A DNA stretch of 64,000 bases from a virus. The first letter of the stretch is position 1, and each line of letters begins with the position of its first letter. Made by a program: the position numbers and the translations under genes. Location of the stretch: IMG/VR virus record IMGVR_UViG_3300048110_000147, positions 32,878 through 96,877 of that record; one strand, 5' to 3'. Below the pieces are notes generated by a model that made no database searches, had not been told where the DNA came from, and was given only the letters and a program-made list of their open reading frames with translations. Below are positions 44,394-54,967 of the stretch, in pieces.

Positions 44394-45443
44394 TTATTTC
44401 TTAGAGGTTTTTCTTAGAGCAGTGATGTAACCTTCCATAGATGGAGATACTTCAAATTCTTCTTCAGCGTCATCTGCGACTACTGATTCTTCGATTTGCT
44501 CTGGGATTTCTTTTGAAAAGTATGACTCTTTGACAGTGTTTACTTTTGCAGTGAATGTCTCTTCACTTTCAAAATCAACTGATTCTAATAGTCCTTTTAA
44601 CTTTTCCGCTTGGGTGTCTGCCAGTTCACGAGTTGCTTCAGCGATGATTGACTCACGCTTATAAGTTTCAAGTTCCTCAGCAAGTGAAATTGCATCACCA
44701 GTAGTAGAGTTTAGCTTCTCTTCTAAATCTTCCACTTGGCCTGCAAGTTCGTCAACTAGGTCTACCTTAGACTCTGGTACTTCGATGTAAGACTCTACGA
44801 ATAGGTCCTTCATCTTGTCCATGAACCCTTCAGCAATTTCGGTACGTAGACCGTTTTGAATTGCTAACTTGTTCTCTTCCATCCAAGATTCAACTACATA
44901 GTTAAGGTAAGAATCGACTTTACCGACTAGGTCAGTTTTAATCGTTTCGACTTCTTCAGCAAGTTCTTCAGCATATTGCTCTTCAAGACGTGTAACTTCT
45001 TCGGACAACTTTGTTTTAACAGCTGCTTCAAAAATTACGGATGTCTTTTCCTTGAACTCTTCTGATAGAGTTGCTTCACCGTCAACGATTGCTGCAAGTT
45101 CAGACTGTGTGTCTGTCTCTTCTGCAATAACGTCTTCTAGGTCAGTACCTTCCATCATTTTAGAATAGGCAGCTTGTAGGTCGCCTTTTTTCATTTTATT
45201 TAAGGACTGGTACATCGCATTGATCATACCTGCCTTAGTTTTTGGTAATGAAGCCTTAGAAGTTGCGTTTGCCGCTTTGTCTACAGATGCAATAGACTCT
45301 GGCTCTGATACTGCTTGAGCGTCGGTCTTCACAGCGCTAGCTTTAGGGGCTTGTGCTTCTTCGAGAGTTTCCTCCACGATTTCGTTAGTTTCAACATCTG
45401 TATCGCGGATTTCAACTTCGACTTCTTGATTAAGATCAGTCAT
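44394..45443 (-). CDS. 22: Prohead core scaffold gp22
   Basis: LSEEFKEK...IFEAAV, VDSYL.YVVE.W, acidic coiled coil. Confidence 0.93.
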   Translation of the reverse strand: MTDLNQEVEVEIRDTDVETNEIVEETLEEAQAPKASAVKTDAQAVSEPESIASVDKAANATSKASLPKTKAGMINAMYQSLNKMKKGDLQAAYSKMMEGTDLEDVIAEETDTQSELAAIVDGEATLSEEFKEKTSVIFEAAVKTKLSEEVTRLEEQYAEELAEEVETIKTDLVGKVDSYLNYVVESWMEENKLAIQNGLRTEIAEGFMDKMKDLFVESYIEVPESKVDLVDELAGQVEDLEEKLNSTTGDAISLAEELETYKRESIIAEATRELADTQAEKLKGLLESVDFESEETFTAKVNTVKESYFSKEIPEQIEESVVADDAEEEFEVSPSMEGYITALRKTSKK

Positions 45444-45453
45444 AGATGACTCC

Positions 45454-46113
45454 TTATAGTTTAGATTTGATTAACGAGAGGAAATTCTTGAACTCACGTA
45501 TTTGCACTTCTGGACGATGTGCAATCGGTGCTTGCTTGATTTCAGTCTCTATCTCTTCAATGACTTGAGGTTGCAGAATTCCGTTATTCCATACCCAGTC
45601 GACACCTTCCATAATCCCATTAACGAAAGCTTCAGGCGCACTTGGATCCTGTACAATATCTACAGTATTAAGAATAAAGTCTTCTTTGACGTACATGACG
45701 CCATTTTTGCTCTCAAGACTTCCCATACCACGAGTTGACACGCCTAATTGGACACCACCTTCTAAGAGACCTTTTACGATCTTACCCATAGGAGTGTCTA
45801 ATATTTGTGCCTTTCCGACCACATCCGTACCTTCTAGTTTAAGGTCTGTGATGAGGTGCGAAACCTTGTCCAAGTTAACAGTCGGCCCTTCTGGGTGATT
45901 CAATTCACCTACGGCGCGTTTCTTGCTGACTTGGTCTTCAACGTATTTATTTACCGCATTTTCCATAATGGCCTTTGGGTAAATACGTCCGTTACGATTC
46001 TTTTTGTCTGCTTGCGCAAATACACCTTCAATGACGAAATTTTTCTCACCATTCTCTTTAGCTTCGACGATACACTGAACGTCGTTTTCTACGTATTCGC
46101 TAATAAGTTTCAT
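45454..46113 (-). CDS. 21: Prohead protease gp21
   Basis: NRNGR.Y, GELNHP, GVSTRGMGS, D.V.DPSAP.A. Confidence 0.96.
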   Translation of the reverse strand: MKLISEYVENDVQCIVEAKENGEKNFVIEGVFAQADKKNRNGRIYPKAIMENAVNKYVEDQVSKKRAVGELNHPEGPTVNLDKVSHLITDLKLEGTDVVGKAQILDTPMGKIVKGLLEGGVQLGVSTRGMGSLESKNGVMYVKEDFILNTVDIVQDPSAPEAFVNGIMEGVDWVWNNGILQPQVIEEIETEIKQAPIAHRPEVQIREFKNFLSLIKSKL

Positions 46114-46114
46114 T

Positions 46115-46312
46115 TTACTTACCTAAGTCTTTGAGGACTTGCTTCGCGGTTGATTCCGCTTCTTTCTGCGACTTGAATGTATCAACAGAATCTCCATCTA
46201 TAGAAAGATGAAATCCTTTACTAGTCTTTGTGATAACGACAGGATACTTGGACATCTTTTTATTGAAGACAACCTTGTCTTTAGCTTCCCGTAAATTTTT
46301 AAATGTTTTCAC
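46115..46312 (-). CDS. Prohead core protein in the gp68 position
   Basis: MKTFKNLRE capsid-targeting-like start; between portal and gp21. Confidence 0.7.
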   Translation of the reverse strand: MKTFKNLREAKDKVVFNKKMSKYPVVITKTSKGFHLSIDGDSVDTFKSQKEAESTAKQVLKDLGK

Positions 46313-46332
46313 AATTAGTCCTCGTTTAGGAG

Positions 46333-46356
46333 TATTTATACAAAAAAGTATTTATA
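46333..46356 (-). promoter_or_regulatory. Tandem late promoters
   Basis: TATAAATA at 46333-46340 and 46349-46356. Confidence 0.8.
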
Positions 46357-46364
46357 ACGAAAAG

Positions 46365-46667
46365 TTATTCGCTTTCTTCGCTTTCTGTATAATCCTCTTC
46401 CTGCCCCAACTCCGCTTCTAAGGCGGTATCGAACGCAGCATCGACTTCTTCGTCACTCAATTCTAACTGTTCTGGTTCTATTCCATTGAACATTTGATCG
46501 GCGACAGCGACTTTCTCTGCGTCTAAAGTATCTTGTACTTTTGAAGCTAAAATGTCTTTAAACAAAGTCTCTGCATTATTAAAGTCAGCTACACCCAAAG
46601 CATTAACTAAGTCTAGTGTTGGGTTTGCTTCAACTTCTTGTTCTACTGCTAAATCTAATTCACTCAT
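46365..46667 (-). CDS. Acidic prohead core protein (gp67-like)
   Basis: Very acidic 100 aa after the portal; A...F......K....L...K..VA..MF. Confidence 0.75.
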   Translation of the reverse strand: MSELDLAVEQEVEANPTLDLVNALGVADFNNAETLFKDILASKVQDTLDAEKVAVADQMFNGIEPEQLELSDEEVDAAFDTALEAELGQEEDYTESEESE

Positions 46668-46761
46668 TATCTAATCCTATTTTTTCAAAGTCATCGAAAC
46701 GATCTTCTTGACCATCCCAGTTTAAATCACTATGTTGTGCTACGTACTCTCTGTAACTCAT
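46660..46761 (-). CDS. Tiny ORF (33 aa, not in ORF track)
   Basis: MSYREYVAQHSDLNWDGQEDRFDDFEKIGLDNE; start overlaps portal stop, end overlaps next start. Confidence 0.5.
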   Translation of the reverse strand: MSYREYVAQHSDLNWDGQEDRFDDFEKIGLDNE

Positions 46762-48266
46762 TAGTACTCTTCTTCTGCTTCACCGTCACCTTTTGCGTTC
46801 TCTGATTCAACTTGGTCCGACATATCTTTTATGTCTTCATCGTTGAACAGCATCACGTTCTTCATTACCCACTCACGTGAGAAGTACTCGCCAACATAAC
46901 TAGAGATTTGGTCCATAGTTTGTAGACGCTCGCGTAGAAGTTCAGCGTCCTTCATTTCAGTGAAGTGGTTGTCTCTAGAGAAGTCAACCTGTATCTGACT
47001 CTTCCATGAATCCCAGTCTTGTTCTGTACATATAGCTTTAAGAAGTAGTTGTTTCTTCAGGATACCAATGAACAGGTGGGCAAACTTTTTACGCAGACGG
47101 TCAATGAACTTTTGGAATTTGACTTCGTCACGATTAATTTCTGTAGTACGACCCAAAGAGAACTGCGACTCTTGCTCCAAACGAGACATTGGGACGTTTA
47201 ATGAGCGATATAACTTCTTTTGGAAATAAATGATATCGTCAATTTGTCCTAGGTTTTCTCCGCCCGGCAAGGTACTTATCTCTGTACCACGACCACCTTC
47301 TCGACGTGGTAACCAGAAGTCCTCTAACATAGACATATGTTTGCGGTCATCTTTGATCTCACCGCTGTTTGCGTCATAGACAATCTTATTACGATAGCGA
47401 GACATGATATCTTTCAGGTGTTGTTCTGCTTTACCCTTCGGTAAGTTACCCACGTCAATATAGAAAATACGACGTTCAGGTGCACGTGCCATACGATAGA
47501 TGACAAGAGAGTCTTCCATCATACGTAACTGATTAACTGGTTTCATTGCCTTCTGTAGATAGGACAGTACACGCTTCTTACTGGTATCTAAGAGACCTGA
47601 AGTGACATACGAAACAGAATCCGGAGTCAGTTTAATGCCGTTGTTGGCACCCGCTCTTTCTTGATAGATGTAAAAATCGTTAGTTTTGTCTACGATCTTT
47701 GCGCCTGTCTTCGCATCCTTTTTGTATTGCACCTCTTTAACTTTACGAACCTTGGTAGAATCAATAGGACGACATTCGACAATACCACCTTTTTGATTAG
47801 ATTCGTTGACTACTAGGTGGTGATATATTCTTCCGTCAACATACCATGAACGGAACATATCGTGACCATACTCTTCGAAGTTCAACATGGCAACAACCCC
47901 GTTGAATTCTTCAGTGATGGATTTCTTGATTTTATCCGGAGCCTCAACCTTGTCTAGGTTGATACTAATAGAACTTTCTAGTTCGGACGAAACGATTGCT
48001 TCGTTGATGATGTCTTCGATTGCAGCATCACACTCTGGGTGTTCTGCCATGTTTCGGTATTTCTTGATTAACTCTTGGTTATCTTTTGCGGCAGTACCTT
48101 CCATGTCAACGTATTGACCAAAGTAAGAACCGGATGCAGTAACGTATCCAGCACCATCTTCATCCACTTTAGGAACGATAGACGGAGTCTTATCACCTTC
48201 TATGCTTCTGTCCTGAACTCGTTTAAGTTCGAATCCAAATGCTTTAAATACGTTATTGTCTGCCAT
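46761..48266 (-). CDS. 20: Portal vertex protein gp20
   Basis: WYVDGR, RAPERRIFYIDVGNLPK.KAEQ, EDFWLPRREGGRGTEI.TLPGG; start MADNNVF. Confidence 0.97.
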   Translation of the reverse strand: MADNNVFKAFGFELKRVQDRSIEGDKTPSIVPKVDEDGAGYVTASGSYFGQYVDMEGTAAKDNQELIKKYRNMAEHPECDAAIEDIINEAIVSSELESSISINLDKVEAPDKIKKSITEEFNGVVAMLNFEEYGHDMFRSWYVDGRIYHHLVVNESNQKGGIVECRPIDSTKVRKVKEVQYKKDAKTGAKIVDKTNDFYIYQERAGANNGIKLTPDSVSYVTSGLLDTSKKRVLSYLQKAMKPVNQLRMMEDSLVIYRMARAPERRIFYIDVGNLPKGKAEQHLKDIMSRYRNKIVYDANSGEIKDDRKHMSMLEDFWLPRREGGRGTEISTLPGGENLGQIDDIIYFQKKLYRSLNVPMSRLEQESQFSLGRTTEINRDEVKFQKFIDRLRKKFAHLFIGILKKQLLLKAICTEQDWDSWKSQIQVDFSRDNHFTEMKDAELLRERLQTMDQISSYVGEYFSREWVMKNVMLFNDEDIKDMSDQVESENAKGDGEAEEEY

Positions 48267-48282
48267 ATAAACCTCTGATAAT

Positions 48283-48306
48283 AAAAGGGGGTAGAGAACC
48301 ACCCCC
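48283..48306 (-). terminator. Terminator-like hairpin after gp19
   Basis: GGGGGTGG-TTCT-CTACCCCC followed by TTTT. Confidence 0.65.
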
Positions 48307-48327
48307 ATTCATATACTTATAATACCA

Positions 48328-48852
48328 TTAACTAGTGGTATCTGACTCCCAATATTGAACTTGGAATTCTACTGTAAACTCTTCGATAGCATCGTTAGTG
48401 TCATAACTTACATCGATTGCTGAGACGTTAGTCGGGAAGCAACCACGGAAGTTATAAGTTTTAAGAACCGAACCATCTTTGTCCAACTGCTCGACAAGTA
48501 AGTCTGCTTGGTAAGCGACAGGATTTGTGATACCAGTGTTTGCACTGTGACCATTCATTCCGTTCATCCACTTTTCCATGGCGTTTCGTGTTGTAAAGTC
48601 AGTATCGTTTAATACCGTGATGTTCCACGGTTCAAACGTACGGTCTCCAGCGATTTTTAACTGACGACCACGGAAAGGCACTTCGATTACCGCCATAATA
48701 GATGCTGGTAACTGTGCAGCTTTACACATGAAAGATGTTAGTTCTACATCACCACCGGCATATGCTGGGAAGTTTACGGTTGCACGGAATAAGTTAGGAC
48801 GTGCACCTCCACCTTTTAGTTTTGCTTTGAAATCATCTACTCTTAATGACAT
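48328..48852 (-). CDS. 19: Tail tube protein gp19
   Basis: ARPNLF, PFRGR..K.AGDRTF..W..T..ND, IEEF.V. Confidence 0.96.
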   Translation of the reverse strand: MSLRVDDFKAKLKGGGARPNLFRATVNFPAYAGGDVELTSFMCKAAQLPASIMAVIEVPFRGRQLKIAGDRTFEPWNITVLNDTDFTTRNAMEKWMNGMNGHSANTGITNPVAYQADLLVEQLDKDGSVLKTYNFRGCFPTNVSAIDVSYDTNDAIEEFTVEFQVQYWESDTTS

Positions 48853-48864
48853 GATTATTTCCCC

Positions 48865-50361
48865 TTATATTGCGCCGACTACTTCTTCAAACTCTACACC
48901 AGTTCGAACAGCTACAAAGTTTAAAGTTACGTAGTTGATTGAACGTGCTGGTTTGATGAAGCAAGAAGCGATAAATTCGTTTCGGTCGATGACTTCTGGT
49001 GTATTGTTTGTTTCGTCACAAACAAGACGGAAATCTGTAATACCACGACGACCCTGTATCTCCCGTAGGAAAGGCTCTACAATGTTTACGAATTCTGCGC
49101 GAGTAAACTCATCGTTGAATTCGAACATTACGTTTTGACCTGCTTGAGAGATTGCACGTTCGATTACTAAGAATAGTCGACGAACGTTAATACGGTCAAA
49201 TGCAGATGGACGCGATAGGTGAGTCTTGTCACCGAACAACATAATACCCTGACCTGCTTTGGAGATGATTGGGTTTGCACCACCTTTGTATAAGATATCT
49301 CGTTCGGTCTTGTCTGGGTTTATTAGTAATTCAGTTACTGCGACATACTGTCCTCGACGCGAACCTGCTGGTGAGAACCAAGGTGCAGATACGTTGTCAG
49401 TTGCTGCCATTACACCAGCTGTGGATGATGCGGCAGGAATCCATTCATATTTGTCTTGGTATTTGTCATATACTCTAATTTGGTTAGCGTCTACAACAGC
49501 ATAAGAAGATCGGGTTCGATTTGAGCTATATGCCTGGATGTTTGTTAGGTCGGATCTCTCTAGAGAGCCAACTGCAACACAGTCCTTTCTATCGTTTTGG
49601 GCGATAGCAACTAAGTGATTAAACATGCTATCTGTAGAGTTGCCAGCTGGTGCGATTAAGAAGTCTACTTGAACTTCATCTTTATTTTTAAATAAATCGT
49701 ATCCAGAAGCATAATCAACTGTAGCATCACTTGCATCTTCTCCACCTTCCAGATCGTAATCCGTAGGGGTGACACCCGTGGCGGACGGAGCAACGCTTAC
49801 CCAAGAACTTCTTGAGTTAATTACGTCTATAACGAAGTTATTAGAGCCATCTCTAGCAATGTCTCCAGCTGTTTGACTTAGATAGTCGAATGTTTCTACA
49901 ACTTCTCCGGAAAAAACTACAGCAACGTGAATTTCGCTAGCTTCATCTGGTGCGGAGTCGAAAGAGGCTTTGTGAGGCCAGGATGACCACTCATCGTTAC
50001 TACATACTGATACTGTAATCTCGTTACCTAGTGAGCCTGGGTTATTTGCTGTAAAGAGGTCGCTACTATCTTTGGCGTATGCTTGTCCTGACTTATGTGC
50101 GCGAACAACATAAAGGGATGAGGAATATTTTAGGAAATATGATGCGGACAGAAAATCTGCCGAATTTGCATCTCCTGATGAAGGGTTGCCAAAGACTCGA
50201 GCAAGTTCGGCTTCATTACCGACTAATACTCGCTGTCCAACTGGGCCCCAATTAAAGTCACCTACTAATGCACCAGTTGTAGAAGTGACCGCAGGGACTG
50301 TTCCTGTTAGGTCTATTTCTTTAATCTGTAGTGCTGGTGACTCAGAAAATTTAAGAGTCAT
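48865..50361 (-). CDS. 18: Tail sheath protein gp18 (compact, 498 aa)
   Basis: SP.....EID, F.WGP, WFSPAG..RG, FDRINVRRLF, FEFND..TR, IKPARSINY. Confidence 0.96.
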   Translation of the reverse strand: MTLKFSESPALQIKEIDLTGTVPAVTSTTGALVGDFNWGPVGQRVLVGNEAELARVFGNPSSGDANSADFLSASYFLKYSSSLYVVRAHKSGQAYAKDSSDLFTANNPGSLGNEITVSVCSNDEWSSWPHKASFDSAPDEASEIHVAVVFSGEVVETFDYLSQTAGDIARDGSNNFVIDVINSRSSWVSVAPSATGVTPTDYDLEGGEDASDATVDYASGYDLFKNKDEVQVDFLIAPAGNSTDSMFNHLVAIAQNDRKDCVAVGSLERSDLTNIQAYSSNRTRSSYAVVDANQIRVYDKYQDKYEWIPAASSTAGVMAATDNVSAPWFSPAGSRRGQYVAVTELLINPDKTERDILYKGGANPIISKAGQGIMLFGDKTHLSRPSAFDRINVRRLFLVIERAISQAGQNVMFEFNDEFTRAEFVNIVEPFLREIQGRRGITDFRLVCDETNNTPEVIDRNEFIASCFIKPARSINYVTLNFVAVRTGVEFEEVVGAI

Positions 50362-50428
50362 GATAGTGTCCTTTTTTAGTTAAGGTATAATAAGTTAAGC
50401 ATAATGCGGAAATTTCGTTCAATGTATC

Positions 50429-50436
50429 TATTTATA
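50429..50436 (-). promoter_or_regulatory. Late promoter for gp18
   Basis: TATAAATA. Confidence 0.8.
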
Positions 50437-50448
50437 CATTTAATAAGT

Positions 50449-52059
50449 TTACCAAATATCGCTTGGTTCATAGTCCGTCCAGTCCATGCTGTAAGGATCA
50501 TGTCTCTCTTCAACAGGAACATAGTCGCTGCCATCATCTATGATACCGAATGGCGGTAGGTCATCTTCAATTTCTTTCATTCGCTGGTCAAATAACATCT
50601 GTTTAATATTAACGTCTGTCTCATCAGCGAACGACTGTGTTCCAACAAAGTATCCAAACATTACTAAATTCATCATCAAGTCATCATGATTACCATCACT
50701 GGCTTGATATGAAGTTCCTTTTGACGTGAATGTGGAGATTTCCATAATCGTGTTTTCATCAACGATTTCTATCTTGTTGTTTTCAATGATATCCTTGATG
50801 GAAGAGCATCCCATTCTCTTCACCTTCTTATCCATGCGAATACCAATTGCATTTGCTTTGATGGCAGACTCTAGGTGGACGTTTTCGTACTCAAGGTCTT
50901 GGTACAGTCCTACACATACAACCATGCCTTGGTCGTTATTTTCGATAACAACATATGCTTCGTTATATGCGTTTGCATATTTGTATATTATGTTAGGGTA
51001 TAGTATCGGGGATATCTTGTTGTTACGATACACACATACTTGCTTGAAGGGTTGCACTGAAACATCAATAATATTAAATGTAGAATAATCCTGACCACGC
51101 CCTTGACAAACATCTACGGTCATGATATACTGGTGTTCTTCAATAACATCTTCATAGACTAATAAATCTCCACCTTCTAGTCTACGTTTAGGTTCTCTAG
51201 CACGTAATTCTAGAAGTACTTGACCTTCAATAAGAGTATTACCAGTACCAAAGAAAGTATTACCAAACTCTTGATCAAACTGTAATTGAGATGTGTTAGC
51301 AATTGTTTGTGCTTTCCACTTCTCATCACGACCAGGCACATCCCACCAATCTACACGAAATGGTTGGTACTCATTGACCTTTTGTACTGCACCTTCCCAT
51401 ATCTTTTGATAAGTATTACCGATACCATTCGCAGTGCTTGTTATGATAACCTTTGTATCTTTACCAGATGAGATTACTGGATATGTAGATGTGTAGAACT
51501 CAGCGGCATTCTCTACGAACGCAAACTCATCTAAGAATAGTAGGTTGACGGACATACCACGAATGGATGATCCAGATGTCGCAGACGCAATGATTCTAGA
51601 GTTGTTCGAGAATTCAATGGACCCTTTGTTGAGCGCTTTGCATCCTGGCTGCAAGAAGAATGGTAGGTTCTCTAACATGAGGGTTACACGAGATAACATC
51701 TCACGTGCAGTGGCACCTTTGTTTGCAAGGATTGCGATGGTCTTTTCAGGATGGAATAAGGTATACCATAGAAGGTATCCTACAGAGGATATTGATTTAC
51801 CCGACTGGCGGCACGCCAAGACAATAGAGAATCGATTATCGTTAAAGTGATCAAACATCTTCTCTTGATAATCATATAGTTTAAACGGGACAAGTCCTTT
51901 GTCCAGATGCACGACCTTAACATACTTTTTACAAAAATATGCTGGTTCCCTCATACACTTACGGTATTCGCGGAGTTTCTTTTTGTCCCACTCTTCAGCG
52001 ACACCGTCTCGCTTGACTTGCGGGTTACCTAGATAGGAATTCTTAGTGTAGGAACTCAT
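50449..52059 (-). CDS. 17: Terminase large subunit gp17
   Basis: RQSGKS, LDEFAF, ITST.NG, VDV..G.G.DYS, HDDL.M. Confidence 0.97.
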   Translation of the reverse strand: MSSYTKNSYLGNPQVKRDGVAEEWDKKKLREYRKCMREPAYFCKKYVKVVHLDKGLVPFKLYDYQEKMFDHFNDNRFSIVLACRQSGKSISSVGYLLWYTLFHPEKTIAILANKGATAREMLSRVTLMLENLPFFLQPGCKALNKGSIEFSNNSRIIASATSGSSIRGMSVNLLFLDEFAFVENAAEFYTSTYPVISSGKDTKVIITSTANGIGNTYQKIWEGAVQKVNEYQPFRVDWWDVPGRDEKWKAQTIANTSQLQFDQEFGNTFFGTGNTLIEGQVLLELRAREPKRRLEGGDLLVYEDVIEEHQYIMTVDVCQGRGQDYSTFNIIDVSVQPFKQVCVYRNNKISPILYPNIIYKYANAYNEAYVVIENNDQGMVVCVGLYQDLEYENVHLESAIKANAIGIRMDKKVKRMGCSSIKDIIENNKIEIVDENTIMEISTFTSKGTSYQASDGNHDDLMMNLVMFGYFVGTQSFADETDVNIKQMLFDQRMKEIEDDLPPFGIIDDGSDYVPVEERHDPYSMDWTDYEPSDIW

Positions 52060-52436
52060 TCATCTTCGTCTTGATCAATTACTTTCTCATCTCCCAACAG
52101 CATACGCTGAAGGTCTGTAGTAGAACCGACGAATAGATTATTATTGGTTGTTGACTCGGCGGGCTTGTCTTCTTTGGTAAGTTCTTTCTGCTTCTTATTG
52201 AGGTCCATTAGTTTATCATTAACATCTGCGATGCCTTTGATCATACCAGATAGAACCTCAAAAGCACGAGGGTGTTCACTCTCCCGTGCGACTTCAATCA
52301 TGAGTTCTAGTGATTCACGACCCTTCTCAATTAGATCATAGTAAGTGTCACGAGAATACTCGTAATCTTGTTCATGAACAAAGTTTTTCTTCTGCTCCTC
52401 ATCAAAAAGAGCAGGTGGTTTGCTATCGTCTCTCAT
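52056..52436 (-). CDS. 16: Terminase small subunit gp16
   Basis: DYEY.R, HPRAFEV, NN.FVGST.DL. Confidence 0.93.
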   Translation of the reverse strand: MRDDSKPPALFDEEQKKNFVHEQDYEYSRDTYYDLIEKGRESLELMIEVARESEHPRAFEVLSGMIKGIADVNDKLMDLNKKQKELTKEDKPAESTTNNNLFVGSTTDLQRMLLGDEKVIDQDEDE

Positions 52437-52467
52437 AATGTATATCTATGTCTTAAATAAAGTTGGG

Positions 52468-53247
52468 TTACGATTCAGGTTCAAAAACTGTTATTGTAGT
52501 TTCGAAACCGTAATCATCATCCGGACTCACATCAATAGGGTCTGGGGCTGTAGTTATTAAAGAACCTAATACATCACTGTCATTCTGTATAACATTAATG
52601 TTCGTACTTACTTCCCGAACAATGTTCTGTGTCAACTCCGGACCATAGAAGTTTACCTTCATCTCAAAGTTCAGGGTGTATATAATGGTTCGCCTTTGTT
52701 CTAAGGCACCCTCATAGTCGTCTTGAAAGTCTAGTCCGGAAAGTACAATCGGAACATCTTCTTTGATATTTGGTTGATCAGCAAATGGTTTTACTGTCAA
52801 TGTGTATTGTGGTGCGAAGTATGGGATAATTTGTTCTACCACTTGTAATGCGTCATCTTGAGATTTAGCATAAACTGCTAAAGAAAAGGAAACATTATAT
52901 GGGACACCCACATACATTTTTCGTTGAGAATTATTATCTGAAGATACTATACCGCCAAATCCATTTACCTTGGGAAGTTGTCGGGTAGAGTCATATGCTA
53001 TAGAGGTTATCTCAAACGACATGCGAGGAAGTTTCATCGCAACTCTTCGTTCTGCTTCTTCTCCGTTAGACATCTCTTCTAGGCGTTCGAGAAAAGATCT
53101 CTTTGGCGCATATGATAGTGGTACCTTGACTTGGGACAACACCTTTCCATTAGCATCTGTTCTCAAAACATGTAAGTCATTGAACAGAGAACCAAATACC
53201 GCAACACAAGTACGCACACGCTTATGATAGAAATGACTTCCAATCAT
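52468..53247 (-). CDS. 15: Tail sheath stabiliser gp15
   Basis: FG.LFN, VPL.Y.PK, LPRMSFE, QI.EQI.PYF.P. Confidence 0.93.
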   Translation of the reverse strand: MIGSHFYHKRVRTCVAVFGSLFNDLHVLRTDANGKVLSQVKVPLSYAPKRSFLERLEEMSNGEEAERRVAMKLPRMSFEITSIAYDSTRQLPKVNGFGGIVSSDNNSQRKMYVGVPYNVSFSLAVYAKSQDDALQVVEQIIPYFAPQYTLTVKPFADQPNIKEDVPIVLSGLDFQDDYEGALEQRRTIIYTLNFEMKVNFYGPELTQNIVREVSTNINVIQNDSDVLGSLITTAPDPIDVSPDDDYGFETTITVFEPES

Positions 53248-54131
53248 TGTAATATATCTCCGAATGGATTTGTCTCAGTGAAATCTATGAAGTCATTAGC
53301 GAAATCATCGAATGTTTGATTCTGGGAAAGAGGTTGTATTTCGTTTATGCCGTCAGTAATTGTTATTGGAGTAAGTTCTGCCCAGTCTCCCCTTATAGGC
53401 ATGGTGTCTAACCATACTCGCTCTTCCCCGTCACTAGATCCATTGTGTGCTAGTTTCAACAAGCGGGTCTGACCGTTCCATTCAGTAACCTCTCCTTCCA
53501 TAACATAGTCTGCAAAGGTTTGGGTCACCACTTCTCCAATGGCATAATGCTGTTCTTCATTTTCTTCCGTCTCTGGTTCCATAGTTAATTCGTACTGGAA
53601 TGCAGACTCTTCTTCTACTTGGTCTATCATAGGGATGCCAGTGTCGAAATCTTCGTCTGAGAATTCGAATAACTCGCACTGCATACGGAATTGAGGTAGT
53701 TGTGATAACTGGTAGAAAGGAGTTTCTGTCTCGACTCTCTTTACCTCGAACAAAGACTCTGATAGAGGAAGGAATATTAAGTCACCTTCACGTGGACGGA
53801 ACTCGTACTCAGAGAGGCGGTCTCCAATCAATTCTCTCCATCGTCGACGTGCAATGACAAAGGTTGCTTGGTCTCGCAATTCGATACCAAATTTGGTGAA
53901 CAGATCACCCTCTCCATCAAAAGCATCACCGTTCTCAATGTACACTTCTACTTTATATGCGTCTGAGAACTGAGACTGAATGCTGTCTAGGAATATGTCT
54001 TCTCTTTCGACAACCTCTCTTGGTAGGTAATATACATCCTGACCATAGAACTGGATTGATTCGATTAAAAGATCTTCATAGAGCGATTGTTCTGCTCTAC
54101 TTTTTGTAGTGATATATGGATTGGTGGCCAT
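53244..54131 (-). CDS. 14: Neck protein gp14
   Basis: EQ.LYEDL..ESI..YG.DVYYLPR, KFGIE..D, P.EGDLI, F.E.NPFG. Confidence 0.93.
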   Translation of the reverse strand: MATNPYITTKSRAEQSLYEDLLIESIQFYGQDVYYLPREVVEREDIFLDSIQSQFSDAYKVEVYIENGDAFDGEGDLFTKFGIELRDQATFVIARRRWRELIGDRLSEYEFRPREGDLIFLPLSESLFEVKRVETETPFYQLSQLPQFRMQCELFEFSDEDFDTGIPMIDQVEEESAFQYELTMEPETEENEEQHYAIGEVVTQTFADYVMEGEVTEWNGQTRLLKLAHNGSSDGEERVWLDTMPIRGDWAELTPITITDGINEIQPLSQNQTFDDFANDFIDFTETNPFGDILQ

Positions 54132-54134
54132 GCT

Positions 54135-54905
54135 TTACCCCATAAAGAAGATTGGACCTTCATCTTCCTCGTTACGGAATTTCTCCATGATTTTCTCTAT
54201 CTCTTGTAGAGAGTCTTCATAGATCTGACGAGCGTTGACTGTAATACCGCCAGGCAAAGTCATACCATCAAATTTAGTTAGGTTTGTTCCCCATTGACGT
54301 TTAATCAATGCGGTTGAATATTCTTTGAGGAATCGATGATTCCATAGCGAGTTATATTCGTTTACTGTTTCGTCTGGATTTCTAATACCGTAGACTTCAA
54401 ATATTACATAGTCATCTAGTTTAAGATTCGTTTTAGAAACATGTAAGTTAATTCTATTGTACTGTCGGTCAAAAGTAATTTGTGGATGACCGCCTAGTTT
54501 CATGTCCAATAATGATAGTTGTTGTTGCATCTGCTCGTAGTGTGCTAGATCACCCAATAGACCACCACCATTGGCGAAGTCACTAATGGTATGGGACATG
54601 AACTGCCACGAGTCACTGAACCATCCGTTGTGAGCATTACTAAAACTCATAGGGATCATTCTTACTACTGCACTTAGATCCAGACTGTCGCTTAAATCTA
54701 CTGACTGGTTATCAATATCGGTCTGAGTCAATTGATGTTTTAGGTAATATCTCTTAGAACCGTCCGGATGATTTTCACGAAACCACTGTAATGCTTCGTC
54801 GATACGATCGTCGAGTTGTTCTTCATCGATATTAACTTCGACTACCGGATGCCCTAGAGCACGAAGGCAGTAATCGATTAAATCTTCTCTACTTGTTGAA
54901 TACAT
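54135..54905 (-). CDS. 13: Neck protein gp13
   Basis: YCLR.LG.PV.E.N, ALIKRQWG.NL.KF.G..LPGG. Confidence 0.93.
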   Translation of the reverse strand: MYSTSREDLIDYCLRALGHPVVEVNIDEEQLDDRIDEALQWFRENHPDGSKRYYLKHQLTQTDIDNQSVDLSDSLDLSAVVRMIPMSFSNAHNGWFSDSWQFMSHTISDFANGGGLLGDLAHYEQMQQQLSLLDMKLGGHPQITFDRQYNRINLHVSKTNLKLDDYVIFEVYGIRNPDETVNEYNSLWNHRFLKEYSTALIKRQWGTNLTKFDGMTLPGGITVNARQIYEDSLQEIEKIMEKFRNEEDEGPIFFMG

Positions 54906-54933
54906 GACTATAGTCCAATATTGGTTGCCTTAC

Positions 54934-54953
54934 TATTTATACGTTTATTTATA
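54934..54953 (-). promoter_or_regulatory. Tandem late promoters for gp13
   Basis: TATAAATA at 54934-54941 and 54946-54953. Confidence 0.8.
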
Positions 54954-54967
54954 TCAAAAATAAATAT

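Noticed and set aside
19866-52059. Introns, inteins or homing endonucleases in gp41, uvsX, gp43, gp46, gp17
   Set aside because: All ORFs are continuous and of normal length; no LAGLIDADG, GIY-YIG, HNH or intein motifs recognised.
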